Assembly (NCBI GenBank): GCA_040954595.2
Contig: CM082592.2
Location: 9,163,677-9,227,676, forward strand
Length of the DNA stretch: 64,000 nucleotides
From: Balanoglossus misakiensis
Taxonomy: Eukaryota; Animalia; Hemichordata
Reading direction: 5' to 3'
A program made the translations under genes and the position numbers. Below the pieces are notes generated by a model that made no database searches, had not been told where the DNA came from, and was given only the letters and a program-made list of their open reading frames with translations. This document shows positions 37,436 to 51,600 of the stretch, one piece after another (position 1 is the stretch's first letter; each line of letters starts with the position of its first letter).

Positions 37436-40400
37436 CAGCGCGAACGCACACGTGTTATCATTTTCCTGCTAATCACCATCACGTCCCGTTCACCCAAGTT
37501 CATATAACGATGTCTGGAGACATTGCTCGTCCAATCGTCGTATAATTTGGATAAAAAGAAAAACTGTCGAACGCCGCTCCAAAAAGATCTTTACAATATC
37601 ACGGGATGCAGTCGGTCTGCGCAATTTGCGGCGCGTTTGCGCCTGTCAGTGTGTCTATTTATTTGGTCTATTAGCGTCACGCTCGATTACCCAGCTGCCA
37701 GTAGACGTGTAGTTCCCGCCATCATGTATACCTCTGTACTTCGCCGAAGTCATCCCGATTTAACAGCGAGAAGCCATATGCACCGAAATATTTCCCGTCG
37801 GAACTGTGATGACGTCACGAGTCCCTCGGGTCACCGAGGACGCTGTCCCTGGCGGAGCTCAGGACACAGGGAGTGGGAAACCAAGAAATGAAATCGATGT
37901 GATTTCCATTTTTTTTAATTCAAGACCCCCTTTTCTAAAGCATTAATATAGTTGTTGTATCAAAAATCCGTTGAAAGCTGTGACGTTGCTTATGGAGACG
38001 CGAAGTCAGTAGTCGACCTCCGATGGTTCGATCGTGAACTGTTTTTTTCGGGTTGTTTGGAGGAAAAAGACCTTGAAATTCGTAGATACAGCCGTGGTGA
38101 GTGATTTGACCAATCTGAGTGTAGCCACCATGAATCGGTGTTGGCTCTGAAGTTAAAAATATCTCGCAGAATATACACGCAACCGGGATCCTGTTGCCTG
38201 AAAATGACTGACAGTGCATACAAACCCCCAGAAAGTGGCACTTAGGCCAAAAATAGCTGCCAAGATTGGTGTATATTTAGAAGTTCTTCGAACGACGCCA
38301 TAGGAAAAGTCAAGTGCACCGGAAAAGGGTCTAAAAAACAAAACTCGCCTATAGTTGAGGCAAAGCAGACAGGGTTTATATCTATGTGATGATACAAGAT
38401 TCCAATGCCAGATCAATTCTTGTCTTCCAAGTCTAACCATTTTACCTTCTTTTTCTTTGGGTTGTTTTGTCATATTTGTGACATTTTACTTTTGATTTTG
38501 ATGTGGGATAGCATGTATGAACGCCTTCTATATACTAGTACTCTTGTCACTTCTGCGACGAATCGATCTAGACTTTTTGTCGAAATGAAACTTTTGAAAT
38601 CCAGATATCGCAAGCAGCGCAGCGCTCGGTGACCGTTTTTCACCCCGACCGTATAAGCTGATTAAAATGATGCATCGGCCGCTCATCCGCTTTGAAAAAC
38701 GATCCAACCCTTTAATAAACTATCATCGTTCATTTATCATCAGTAATGATCGGTCACGGAATACATCCCACATTGTTTGACGTGTCCCGCAAAATCTATC
38801 GCGGCGGTCGGCGGAGGGACCTTCAGATCACTAGCTACCATATCCGACACGCGAAAATGATACAACCGAAAGCCTTAGCGCCTCTCACGGCCACTAAGTC
38901 CGTATAAGATGTCCCCGCTCTCATAAATTACTCGTCGCCATCTGCATGAAACCACAGTAAACTTTAATAGCCGGGCAAAAGAAGATCTTTAAATAGTTTG
39001 GAACGATTAGAAATTAGCAGTTGTGTCGTTACAAGTGAGTGATTTACCTCAAGAGACAGGAGTTGGTTAGCGAGACGCTAACACTTGTCGTCCGCGCGAA
39101 ATTTCAAGAATTGCACATCAGATCAAGATGGTCATTTTTACGCGATTACTCATAAGGACATTCTCTGTGTTTTAGTATATTTAATTCGGTGTATCGATTT
39201 AAGATCCTTGTTTTACTCCCTAAGCTAGTTGAAATGTACGGTATCTGGCTTGGTATTACACTGAACAAAGTTTCTCAAATGTTTTCGATTAAAAACCAGC
39301 GTTTTCTGACGGTCACAATTCTTCCCACGGCAGAATTATAAAAATTGTGTTTTCTGTAAGCGAAATATTGAAACGGTAAGGCGAAAGCGACCAACGGCCG
39401 TCTCTGTATGTACCGACATTTCTGTCAATTTTAGAGTCGTTTGGTGGTCGACTTATTGGGACGTTGGACTGCCCGCAAGGTGTCCGGCTCATGAAGCGTT
39501 CAAGCGGGACTGCTCAGAAAATGTGCTCGTGGGCCGATGCCTGGGAGCTGGCGGGGATGAAATACGAGGTGTCGAAGGAAGGCCGTCGAGCGACACGGAG
39601 TCATGCGACAAGCCACGGGACACAGATGCGGTCAACCGTCAACAGCATTCCGCGGAGACAAACTGGAGGGGATCAAGTCATTAGATCGAAAGCGATGAAG
39701 GGGAAAACAAAAACAGGAGAGAAACCATAGATTTTGCTGGGAAATCTGGAGAAAAAGTTTGAAATTGGATATCGAGCTTCGCAGCCCTTTGCCAGAATTC
39801 ATCCCTGCAAATTTCTCCCTGTGGTGAATCGATTAACCGTGTTTGCGGCGCTCCAGCTCTCCGGGAATCAGAGAGACCGAGCGAGCGCCACACCCACCAC
39901 GCGCGCGATAGCCCTGCTCCATAGCAGACACCACTGCCATGCACCACGTGGGGCGTTTCTTTTCCACGGGAATTTTTAACGGCGGGCGGTGGCAGTCAAA
40001 GGCTTTCCGTCCACCCTTCCCAGTTAATACGGTGTCACTTTGTCGCCATGGAAACGAAAGCGATAGTGTTGAAGATGGTGGTCATTTTTCCATCTGTTTG
40101 TGTGCCTTGCATAGTGAAGTGTAGCCATTGGCAGAAATTGTGTGGGGTCTCCTCTTTGCGGCTGCAAAGGTCGACCTTTCGATGAGCGCATCGCTTAATC
40201 ACCCCGTTTCGGCTGTCATCCCACAAACGCCACAATCATAGCACTATTTCACGACCGTGCACTATGCCTCCGCGGGAACATCCCATCAAGTCCAACGAAA
40301 GCTTCCCTCCACTGACTCCCTAATTTGTATAAATAACCAGAATACGGCACTTTTGTGCACATATTGAATTAATATAACAACAAAGTCATAGACAGTGGAT

Positions 40401-42673
40401 CGGAGGACAAAGTGACATCAGTTCACCCTCACCCTCTCTCCTCCCTCACACTCTTTCCCCTCTCTCGCCCTCTCTCGCCATTACGATTATGTATTTTCCA
40501 TAATAACGTTGCCATGTCTCTTAAATCGAGAAAGCCAGGGTTTTAACTTTCTCTCCATGATGTACAATGTACAGCATGTGCTAGTAGCCATTTCTGTATA
40601 AAACATGCCTGTGTTTTTCGACGATGGGACTTTTAGTGCCTATATTCACATGATGTAGAATAAGAAATAACACTTTAATCATTAAAGCTTGGGACGCGTG
40701 GAATGATGGGCAAAGTTGATGAAAGGGGACAATTAACAGTTTCTAAATAGTTCACCGTGTTTTCCCTCCGTGTTCAGGTCAGTTACGCCACGCTACCCAA
40801 CCGTTGAGCAGAAAAGGGGCGATCACGGTGATTTATAGGTTTTGCGCACACACTGCTACCCACTGCAAAACGCCATCGAATCAACTCCAATTATACTTCT
40901 CATAAACCTTGATTTTGTCACCGGGTTCCTTGATTACCACGCTCTTTATTCATCTTTCCTCTCTCGTTTATTTCGTTCCGTTTAGCGCAAGTCTGACTTC
41001 GGTGGCTACGTGAAATCACACGACTCAAGCCTGGTTAACTTCAGCGGACGACGGACATAGGATGCACAGCGACCCCCATTCATGAGAATTTCGAGGCGAG
41101 ACAACTTCTCAAAGAGGTAATTGCAAATTGATCTCTATATGGCCACGATTAATTGTGATTATATCAGGCTTCCTGGTTGAAAAGGCGGCTTTCAGTATTT
41201 AAAGGTAGATAGTTTGAAGTCCACAAACTATCGCTCAAATATGCAAGAAATACGCTGCCTTGAAATCGGTTGATTCCTGGCTGACATGGTTGTTGTAAGA
41301 TGTTCGCGCCGCACGGCTTGGCAGGCCCGAGCGGACTGCGAAACCGCGGCAGGGAAATATTACAATCTTCAGCAAGAATGAGTGAACCTAAAACGCTTAT
41401 CTGCAGGGGTTAATTTTCCCGGTGAACTCCTGTGATCAAGTCAAGCAACTCTGTCGGTACATGCGCTCTTAGCGGGTGAAAATATTCCCTGGTAAATCCG
41501 AGATCGGTAGACCGTCTCAGTTGGGAATAATTTGGCCGACAGGTCTGAGCAGATGATTAATGTCCCGCGGGTCAAAAGTGTCTCTTGTAAGGTCATTACA
41601 GACTCGACACAAGAAATGTGGTAATTCAGTTTTAATGTTTTATTAACAGACTCAGAGAATAATACATAAAAAAGACAGCGATTGAATCCGTAGTTAATCT
41701 GGCTGACTTTCATACCCTGTATATCAAAGCAACCTGAACTGCCTCAAGGTCACGGTGACCTTTTTTTAAGTGACAAAAATCAGACATGATGATGACGCAG
41801 GAAGGCTAATAAAAGCATGGATGCCAATGCAAGGGTGTGCATTTGTTGTTTGCGGATCCCATTTGAGGTCTAGTGGTTTACCCAGAACTATACTCGACAA
41901 TGAAATACGAAATAGTGGATATCAAGTATCTCTATACTTATGTAATAGACCATTTCCGAACTTCGCGAGATCCTGCGAGATCTCACATCCTCAAAGGGCC
42001 ACACAGGACAAACAACACAACACCTATCAGCCTCTTTTTTATTCTAGACTAAAACGCGAACAGCCTCTTCTTCTTAAATGTTTGAACTAGTGACCCGAAT
42101 ATTGAAAAGAACGTTCCAACAATTTTTGTACGTAGAAGTAGTGTGTGATTCTTAAAGACTGTTAAAAATGCGATTCCCTCAATCCAATACGTCGGCTCAC
42201 TTGAGAAAGTCTAGGAGCACACGAAGAAAGAGAGAGAATAAAAAAAATCAAAACTGACATGGCGAAAGACGTGATGTAGTGATGACGTTATGTGAGAGTC
42301 AGGATAACGTCACAAAAACTCCCTCAAAGTTAATATTATTCGAAAACATCCAAATTCCAAGCTGGTTAGAGCTTTCTATCACCACAAATCATCTTTGGTA
42401 TTCTTCCACAAAATGAATCAAAATTGCTTTAATTTAAGTGTACCTGCACCGTAGTCAATTTGTGTTATCTAATAAATAAAAGTACGGCAGCTCAAAGAAG
42501 ACGTGGAAGTTTTGTCCCGCGGTGGCGATGTATGTATTTTATATTCACAATCACCAAAATTTCGTAGAATCTGTCAAAATTACATATTAGGTTCATTGAT
42601 ATTGCTTTGGTTTAACGTTAAATACGAGTCATTTGAGCTCAAGTTGATCCTCGTCCATTTGGTTAACGGGTTA

Positions 42674-45600
42674 TCATCGAGTGCCATACTCCAGCGACTG
42701 TGCCTGGCCGAAGTATCCGAGTCCGTTGTACGCCGTGTTTCTATACGGATTGTTCCGGTACTCCGATATGTTCTGTGGGTACGGCGTGGTGCGGTGGCTG
42801 GTCGTGGGCGACCGCAGGTAGCAGCTCGATATGGGTCCGAAATTGCATTGTGTGTCGTGGCGGTAGGGCGCGAAGCCCTGCTCGGCACAGGAGTTGTTCG
42901 GGGTTATCTGCATATTGAGTCCGGTTGCAAAGTCTGTGTTCATTTGCATTGGTGGAGGCGGCGGTGGTGGCGGCGGTGGTGGTACTGGCTGCGATCCCAT
43001 CATTGGGAAAGATGGCGGACTTGGATCCAGATGGTTGCCGTGGCTACCGAGCATTGCACTTGACATAGGAGAGACGTTGGATGGCGTCGACACACTTGAA
43101 GTAGCCCTGTCGTCGTCTTGTCTCTCTGCAGTGTAAAATATGATATTAATTTCGTTAAATTTCCGAGATACACAGTAAAACGTTTGCTATAATAAACAGA
43201 TGTGATGTAGGACTCGGAGAGATCAGAATACGCATGCGCTGGGTCAAGTTGGATTTTGGATCCTTACCTTGGTCTTCACGATTGCACTGCGACTGCGTCC
43301 TTGCCCTTGCAACGCCGACAATCTGCAGTGAACTGGGACGATGGTGATTTCTTGGCCTCGCGCCAGGCTGACCATGCGGTAAAATTTCCACCAAGCTGAA
43401 ACACAGAAATTCACCGGGGGACAATTACATTTTTGTCGTCGAGAATACCATAGAACAGAAGGGTATTCACGCATACAGTCGAAATAATATTTTAACGTGA
43501 AACTTAATCTGTTGGTAAATCGCTATGTCTTCCAGTGCGTCTTGCGGACGCAAAAGCTCAAAGTATTCTGTTATAATCCGGATTTTAATCAGATTCATCA
43601 TCCTTACGATGATGACGTCAGCGAGCGTGATCCTCCCTTGATAAATGACGCACTGCGTCACCACGGAGACCATAGCAGCTGAACCGACGAGTATTAATAA
43701 TGCTTTTGGGTGACGTCACTTACCAATCGTCAGGATCGCTGTCTCGGAATCCCTTTGCGAATGGATTACTGGCAATTTTCAGCTGTGTTATCTGAAAAGA
43801 AGCACACGAGGAAAACGTCACTTCCGTGAAGTTGAATGGCAAAAAAGTATGTCGAAGCTCTCGGCGTAAATCAGTCAAGGGCCAATTGTTGGAAGTGGAC
43901 TGAACTAGATCTCAAGAAAAGCTCCTTAAACACGTGTCTTGTCTTCTGGCGTAAATATTTTCCCCGTTAACATGACGGAATAAAAACGGTCTTGGACAAC
44001 TGTCAGGACAACTAAGTCGTGGTATTTTCGTTGCATATTTGGATTCTGTGCCAGCCCGTCACAAACAAGCGAGCAACCACGCCCCCTCCCACACCAACTT
44101 CTGAAGTTGCCCACCCCTGCATCCGCTATTGGCCGGACTGAAACAGAAACGCTCTCACAAGAAAAGGGTCTGGTTCTTATTTCTGATACTACAGCAGCAT
44201 AATCTGAAAGTTTCGGTCAGTGACTATCTTTAATTCAACGTAAAGTGTCTTCTGCTTGGGAATAAGTGATCGTGACACGGCGATTCAGAGTGACTCTCTT
44301 GCGCTTAGGCGCTCTATTGTACTGAGGCAACGCACTTAAACAATCGTCCCACCCACTCCTCAAATCCCAAACACTCGGATTATAACTGTATGTTTCTGAG
44401 AGTGCCGGGGACGCACAGACACTCGTCTGCGGCGGCTGTCAGCGTTAGAAAGCTCCCGTTCACTTTGAGCGCTGTTTACACATTAAAAAGTTTGTAAACA
44501 AATCGCACAATTGTACAATGAGAGCGGAACTTTTTGCGCGGGCCTCAAGTAGCCGCGTCGAGGTTCCTGCCTGTCACCGTTCGGCTTGGGCTTCTTGAGG
44601 TTTTGTTATTGTTGCTTACGTCTTCTGAGATCGTCGATGGGGTCTCCATTTGTAGCAGTGGTTCCAGAAGACCACGAAGGTCAACAGCGCTCGTGCCTTT
44701 CTTGGAGAAATCTCCAACGAAGCAACGCGTCAATTCTGACACCGCTGGTGTTTGTGTCGCTTGTATTTGTAAGAAGGGGGTTAGGTCAGCTATGAATGTT
44801 ATCTCAGCCATCTAAATGGGAATAGGTGCGTTTTTAGTCAGTCCCATCGTTTGATAATTGTTTTGTACACAGCTCTGAGAGCGTCGGTCTCATCTCTTGT
44901 TGTGTTCTTCAACTGCCACACTTGTTGAGACTTCGCAGAAAGTCATTTGGGCGCTGCTGTTTGTTTTCAGTGCCGTTATACTCTTTCTTTCTCCCCGCCA
45001 TGATTCGCGTGTCACCCGGTTACAGCACCGCGTGACAAATCGGCCGCAATAATGGGACCCCGCCAACAAAACACCGACATCTCGATTTAATGGACGGCCC
45101 TGTCATGTACATGTGTGTGCAACGCAGACCGAATAAAAAGAAGAAAAGTCTACTCATTTCCATATTGTTTTCCGATATTTTTGTTATCCCACTTCAATCG
45201 AGCGCCACCCGACTCCAAACTCCCGTTCCATCATTTTTTTGGAGGGAAGCTCCACCTGTTGTCATCGGCTGGAATTCTCTTTGTGCTTCGGAATCGAATT
45301 GGAAAATTGGACATCAATGTAAAACCAATTTTCACCGCTCAATTGAAACCTTTAAACATACTAATGTACGATAATCGATGAGTCCGAATGACACACCATT
45401 TATCATCGTGTCAGGCCGAAGACTAAAAAAAACCGGGGGCAGTCACCGTCTATGGTAATACAATCAAAGACACCGTCCCGCTATTTAGTTTGGGTTTCAA
45501 CTTTTACTCAAGTTGTATGCTAGCTGGCCCACGCGCTTTTGGAAATTACATTAAATGTTAATATTAAGTGTTTTCTATACGCGGATAATTCTTCATTTGG

Positions 45601-48600
45601 TGTGTGTGTCTTCGCTGAAACTCCCCTCGATCCCTTTTGTAAGTTTAGTGCGATTTTCATTCGAAAACAGAGGCAACAAAAAGGCAACATCCACCTGAGC
45701 CCACCTATGGAGAAATTCTCACCGGGGAAAATCCACGCGTTAATCTCTGCTCTAAACATGATTTGTCTGTGTACACCCATTAACATGATGTATTAACCCA
45801 CTACTCAGAAAGCCTAATTCTTTCTTCTAAAGATTCCATCAGAATCAAAACATAACATATAGACCTCCTTAAAATCGCGGGTGTTACTTAACCATTTGAC
45901 TGCTGTCAGAACTGTGAACGCTTTTAACAAAGACTGGGCTGGACCGTTAGGTCAATAATGGCTTCAGTGTAACATGTTACGATCGTTACTCCTATTTTTT
46001 AAAACTTTTTCTAGCGGAAAGTGCAATTCTGTCGGACAAGAGAAACACTGGAGAGAGACAGATAGACAGAGAGAGAGACGGACAGAGAGAACCAGAAAGA
46101 GACAAAGAGAGCGTGTGTTTTGGGAGAGATTTGAGAATTTTCCATTATCAACACCACTTTCACTCTTATCTAAAGATAATGCGGGATGAATAACCATGCT
46201 ATTTTGGAGTTCCAATGCCGCTTGTTACAAAGATCAATCCTGACATCCTGAAGTAGGCCGTGTGTGCGCAGACAAAAAATGGCGTCGCCTTTCCGTTTAC
46301 CCTCTCCTTTTCAGTGAAAAACACACATTCACTCGGGTTTCAATGGAGCAGTTAGAGCCCAAAGCCTTGTACAAATGTTTGAAGAGCTTTCCCCTCTGTG
46401 TGTTTACAGAGGAGCGGGCGATGAGTTTTGCCCGGGACCGCGTTACGCCGACCGACCGCGGGCGACTTTCGGAAGTCAACTCGCGGCGGCGCGGACAGCC
46501 ATATTTCCATGTAAAGTACTTGGGCAAAGTTTGGTTATGGCATGTAACCAAACTGTGAACATGATAAAAGTAGGTATCACGCCGACAATAAATGCCACTT
46601 CTGTACGAGTGAATGTTTTTTTGCGCCCGGGTCAAAGTCAACTACGCGTCAAAGACAACCTGATTGAGTACATATTATAGGAGCGGCGCCTTTTAACAAT
46701 GGGAACAAAAACCCATTAGTCGATTTGTAACTGTGTAACGCAGACCCGACGCGATGCATTCCTGCAAATGGCTCGGAGATTCTTTTGAGTTCCGCTGAAA
46801 CTGTTTCCACGATAACGGTGCCTGTAGATTCTCACAAAAAAGGCCCATGGGCACACGTGGTTCTACTTCTGGGGGGAAGATTTTAAAACCGCACCGAAAT
46901 CCATTAAACTGCCCTGACATTTTTGCAAATTGATTGTTATCCAGTAAAATATTATAATTCCTTTTTTTAACAAAATAATCAAGTATAGAACAGTCAAATG
47001 TTAAGATCTTATTGTTACAAAGTACAGTTTCAATCATGTTAATGTAAGACGGACATTAACACTTGAAAATGAAATTGTCGCCAAAATAATCACTACGTTG
47101 TCCCCCCCCCCCAAAGAACTACGAACAAAAACTAACGCGCAATCGCGAGGATGCCACATGAAAGATAATGGTGAAAATGATTACTGACTGTAAAGCCTCC
47201 ATCAGAAGTTCGATTTTAGTCTCACCAAACCCCTGTCTTGTAAGTATGTTCCCACCACTGCATGCGGGGCGCAATATGGATATCGTCAGGAGCAGGCGAG
47301 TGCAGTGACAAATATTATCATGAGTGGCGGTGCCATTCTATATCTTTCGGTGGCTTTGAATGAAATACTTCAATTAACCCCGTGCGTTGTTTGACATTTA
47401 TTGAAACGGGGAGACCGAGATGTTTCGAAAGCTTTCTAGATTCGCCGGTGTCTGTCCTTTTTGTGGAACAGATAGCTTCAGTGGTCTGCCGTTTGGCGCT
47501 CGGCTTGAAATCTTTAGCATGTCCAGTATTCGTAGTTAGCAAATGAGTTGAAATGAGGTTCGGGATTAGATTCGGGACAAAACTAGAGTCCCTTCCCTCC
47601 CGATTTTCAGTGTGAGTAAGATCCAAAATCTGGTCGCAGCACATATAGTCTAGACATTTTACAACTTTTATAGTTTTCACTGATATTGAAACAAACGAGA
47701 ACACGCGAAACTTGACCAATCACTCAAATTAATGACTTTCAAATTCAAACAGTGTATGGTATCAAAATTAATGACCTGATATTAATATTCAAAGTATCCA
47801 GAAATAATAAGTATGACTCAACTTCCTCCAAGAAACCGATGCACATCCGACCAAACTATTTTAGGTAATATTTTAAGCCATGAATCATACATCTTTTGCA
47901 TCATTGGCGGGATTAGTAAATTTATGTTTTCAGGAAAGATTTATAGGTCAAGTCTTTGCTATGTTTATTTATTAAAATATAAAAAAACGCGGATACTATT
48001 TCGTCAGGCTAGATTTTTTTAACCTGGAGAGTGAGTCTATGGCGAATGTTAACGATATTTAAATTATAATTGGTACTAACTAAAGAACGCCACCCATTAT
48101 AGATGGAGTGTAAAGATATGTGACTAAACCGGAAAAAACAGTTAATATGACGATGCTTGTAAGGTGAAGTGTGTAATAAGTAATTGCATGTATAACTTAC
48201 CCTGTGGTTTTGATAGGCAGTTACCGCTGTGAACTGTGTTTCTGTAAAGATAAACGTTTGGAACTCCTTTTCTGTCGCGTTCTCGGGATCCTTTCTGCCG
48301 CTCACGTGGACGACGTGAAAGCGAGGCTGATAGCGGTGCATGGAGTTCAGAATTATCTGTGGAAATCGGAAAATGGATAACTTTTTAGTATTCCTGGCGA
48401 CTTGGCATAAAAGTACTACAGACGAGCCCTACAGAAATTAGAGAAAAACCCCGGTGTGTATTCTTCATTCATGTTCCGGGTATTAGATTATTAGCCAGCC
48501 TGGCAAATCATTTAATAAACTTTTCTCGTGGATTTTACAGAAATGGCAAGAAAAAAAAAACAGATATAGAGAAGTCGTCTCCCTGATATTCGTTTGAGGG

Positions 48601-51600
48601 ACACACTTCTTGGTTGGGCAAGTCCGCGTTGATCTGCGTTTGAAACTTTACCTGCCAGGGTTGGGTTGGGGGTTCAACGACTCACTGAATGACAAGGGGG
48701 CGACTTGACGTTACCTGCAGACATTCGCGATAATCGGGGGCGGGACAGTATTACATGATCTTGCCGCGTCACCTATTTGCCGTTCCCCCGAGGTCAACGT
48801 ACGTCAGTCATATTTACCGCACCACGTCACAGCGAATTGCCCAGGCATTGTTTGTCTGAAACGCCAGGATTCCCCCGTAGTCTCTGGTGCCGATACATCG
48901 CAACCCATGCGGAGACAAGTGCGATATCAAGTTGACGGATAGAGCCGTATTTGATTTAATTTTGTTGTCCAAAACAACTTGAAAGATCTAATCCCGCAGG
49001 AGAGAGCTGAAAGCCCAACAATTGAAGAGTCTAAAAGATTCTGCAGAAATATTTGCACAATTTTGTGAAGGTCGATCGACCGGCCGATAAAGGGAAGCTG
49101 ACAAAAGATGCTAATGGTCCGAGATCTCGCCTAGCACAGCTCCGAAATGGATACACAGCGAAATTTGGTTCTTGAAACTAATTGCGGGGATTTCTCCATA
49201 AACAAGTACTGTGGTGGAAAAAGACATGGCCAAACATCAGGTTACCCTGGTAACACATCAGAGGAATTGTAACACTTCCTTTTGGTCTATGTCGAGACCT
49301 GACTACGGCGATTGCGTCTTACAAACAATACTTTGAATCGCAGTTAAAGTAGGCAACTTAGGGTCAGGGATTTTGAAGTTCTTCGTCGTTTGAAACGGAC
49401 CCACATCGGAACACTGTAAGTTTTGTGAGCCCATTTTACCTGACCCGTAACCATACAAATCGGTTCCTTTTCAGTGAGATGTGAAAATGGGCGAGTCTGA
49501 AACGGAAAACTCTCCTTTTTTTCAAAATAGAGAGTTTTGTCGCCATTATTGTTGACGTCATGGTGATTACAAAGAGTCGGGGAGAGAGAGATAGGATTCG
49601 GTTCGTTCGAAGGTGATACTGGTGGGAACGAGTTCGAACTACTTTGATGGCGTATTTGTCATTTAGCAACCAAGCGCAAAGCGACAGAGTTTGTCTGTGT
49701 GCACAACCGCCAACACGAGTGTGTGTTGTCACGGTGTAGGTGTTTTATGACGGTAAATACATGGAAAAATTGTCACAACCGGACAACAAAGACGGAATAA
49801 ATAAACCCATGTGTAAAAAAAATCGAATCGGAAATAAAAAAACAAGTTGTGTAAATAGGAAAGGGGTTGGGTAATATTAATCTGCAATCTTGTATTACAC
49901 TGCCCCCGCGCCATAAATCATACGATGGGAGATATTAAGCTGGCAGACTTACATGTCCGTTATCGTCCAGCAGATTATTGGTCAGTTTGAGTTTATCGAA
50001 CGATACGATCTGCTTCATCCATATAGAACCGCGCGCCGGGGAGTCTGGGTGGACGTGGATTCGGCCGGGCATCTCCGGGTCTCCCTGGCCAGCGACCAGC
50101 CAGCTAGAACTATGGAAGGCGTATCGATATCGTTTGTTGTCCACCTGCGAAAGAAAAGATGTAGGTTTTCTTAGCTGCTAGGTAAAGCGTAAAGAGCAGA
50201 TGTCGACACGCAGGGATTCATCTGTTCAGCGTCTGGTGGACAGAGGATACTGCTGGGGACATTACTGTCATGCTTTCGCAGTAAAAAAATACTTCAGAGA
50301 ATAAAAACTTTTTCAAAAAGCGTTACCACGGAACCGTGATAAATTCTTTCCCAATACAACCCGTTACAAACGTGCATCCGTCCTGACTAGGGTATAGTAT
50401 GCGTTTACCGTTCAAGTCTATTTATAAACCGGCTCTTTTTATTTCCCCCATATCCTCAGAGCTTATCGCAAAATATGATGGATTTTGACGAATTATCCGC
50501 GACTGATAGGCGCTGGTTGAATTTCAAGTAAAAGGGGCATCTTCGGGCCGGTGACAGGTTTATAAGGGTGCCTTTACAGAGATACGCAGATCTGCACCGT
50601 CACCACAAACCTCGTGTATGCATTACTGTATAGTCATAAATTTATCATCGAGTATCTGATAATATGTTTTTTTATATCACAACCCCAAACTTTTATTTCC
50701 GCTTCGCGTGATTGTATTGCCCCCCCCCCTAGTTTGTCACGAATTGGGGGCAACGCTGCCCGCGTTACTTACCGGAACGAAGTCCATCATCAGTATGTAC
50801 TCCGCCATAGGGTCCATGCCGCGGAGTTTGACTTGGAAAGTCGGAAACATTCTCCTGCAACACAAGCAGAAGACATTATTACCGCCATGTTTTCAAAGGA
50901 AGGGGGTATAAAAATAATCCAAGATTCAGTGCCAATAGGTGATTATTAGGCTATTCTCTACTGGCGTATTTTAATCGACATTTGAACAAAAAAAGAAAAA
51001 ACAAAGGGGACAATTTAAATATTGTGGATAGATGCGACCATTAAATGCGGACACACCTTTAACAAGTACAAACATATAAAAGAATACCGATGGATAAATA
51101 GTAATAAATAATACGAATTGAGACACTGGTTAATCTTTAATGTAAGACATTCGAAAACTCTTGACTTCGTGATTATCATGACATCAGTTGACAAGATTAT
51201 TACGGTCTGGCATGTTTTCCGACAATAAAAATATGTATGGGTGCCGTCATCGTTGTCTTATCAAGGGTCAAACGAGTTTTTCCGCTGCAGCTTGGGGAGT
51301 AAATTTTAACCCTCCTTTTTTCCGTTACAGAGAAATCTGTACCGTGGGGTGGGGGTTCTTATAACTGCGTGTAACCCTGGCAACAACTTGAACAAAAGTG
51401 CGTCTCCCTTCTTCACTTCGAAGGGCACAATCCGGGTTTCCAGTTTGCGAATTGGAAACTAGTGAAAGCGCAAGACGTGACGAAAGTTGCCATCCCGTGG
51501 TGGCGCAGAAACGCACTGTCCATCACTGGGAGACATCTCTCAGACATTAATGGGCGGGGGGGGGGGGGCACATCGACAAATTTAACGGACACGGGGGGAT

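Noticed and set aside
35985-42090. Numerous 60-150-aa ORFs downstream of Tbx1
   Set aside because: No homology, splice pattern or coding-like composition; expected by chance in GC-richer non-coding DNA.
42503-43136. 186-aa plus-strand ORF and poly-Gly ORF
   Set aside because: Antisense shadows of the Pro-rich last exon of Tbx1.
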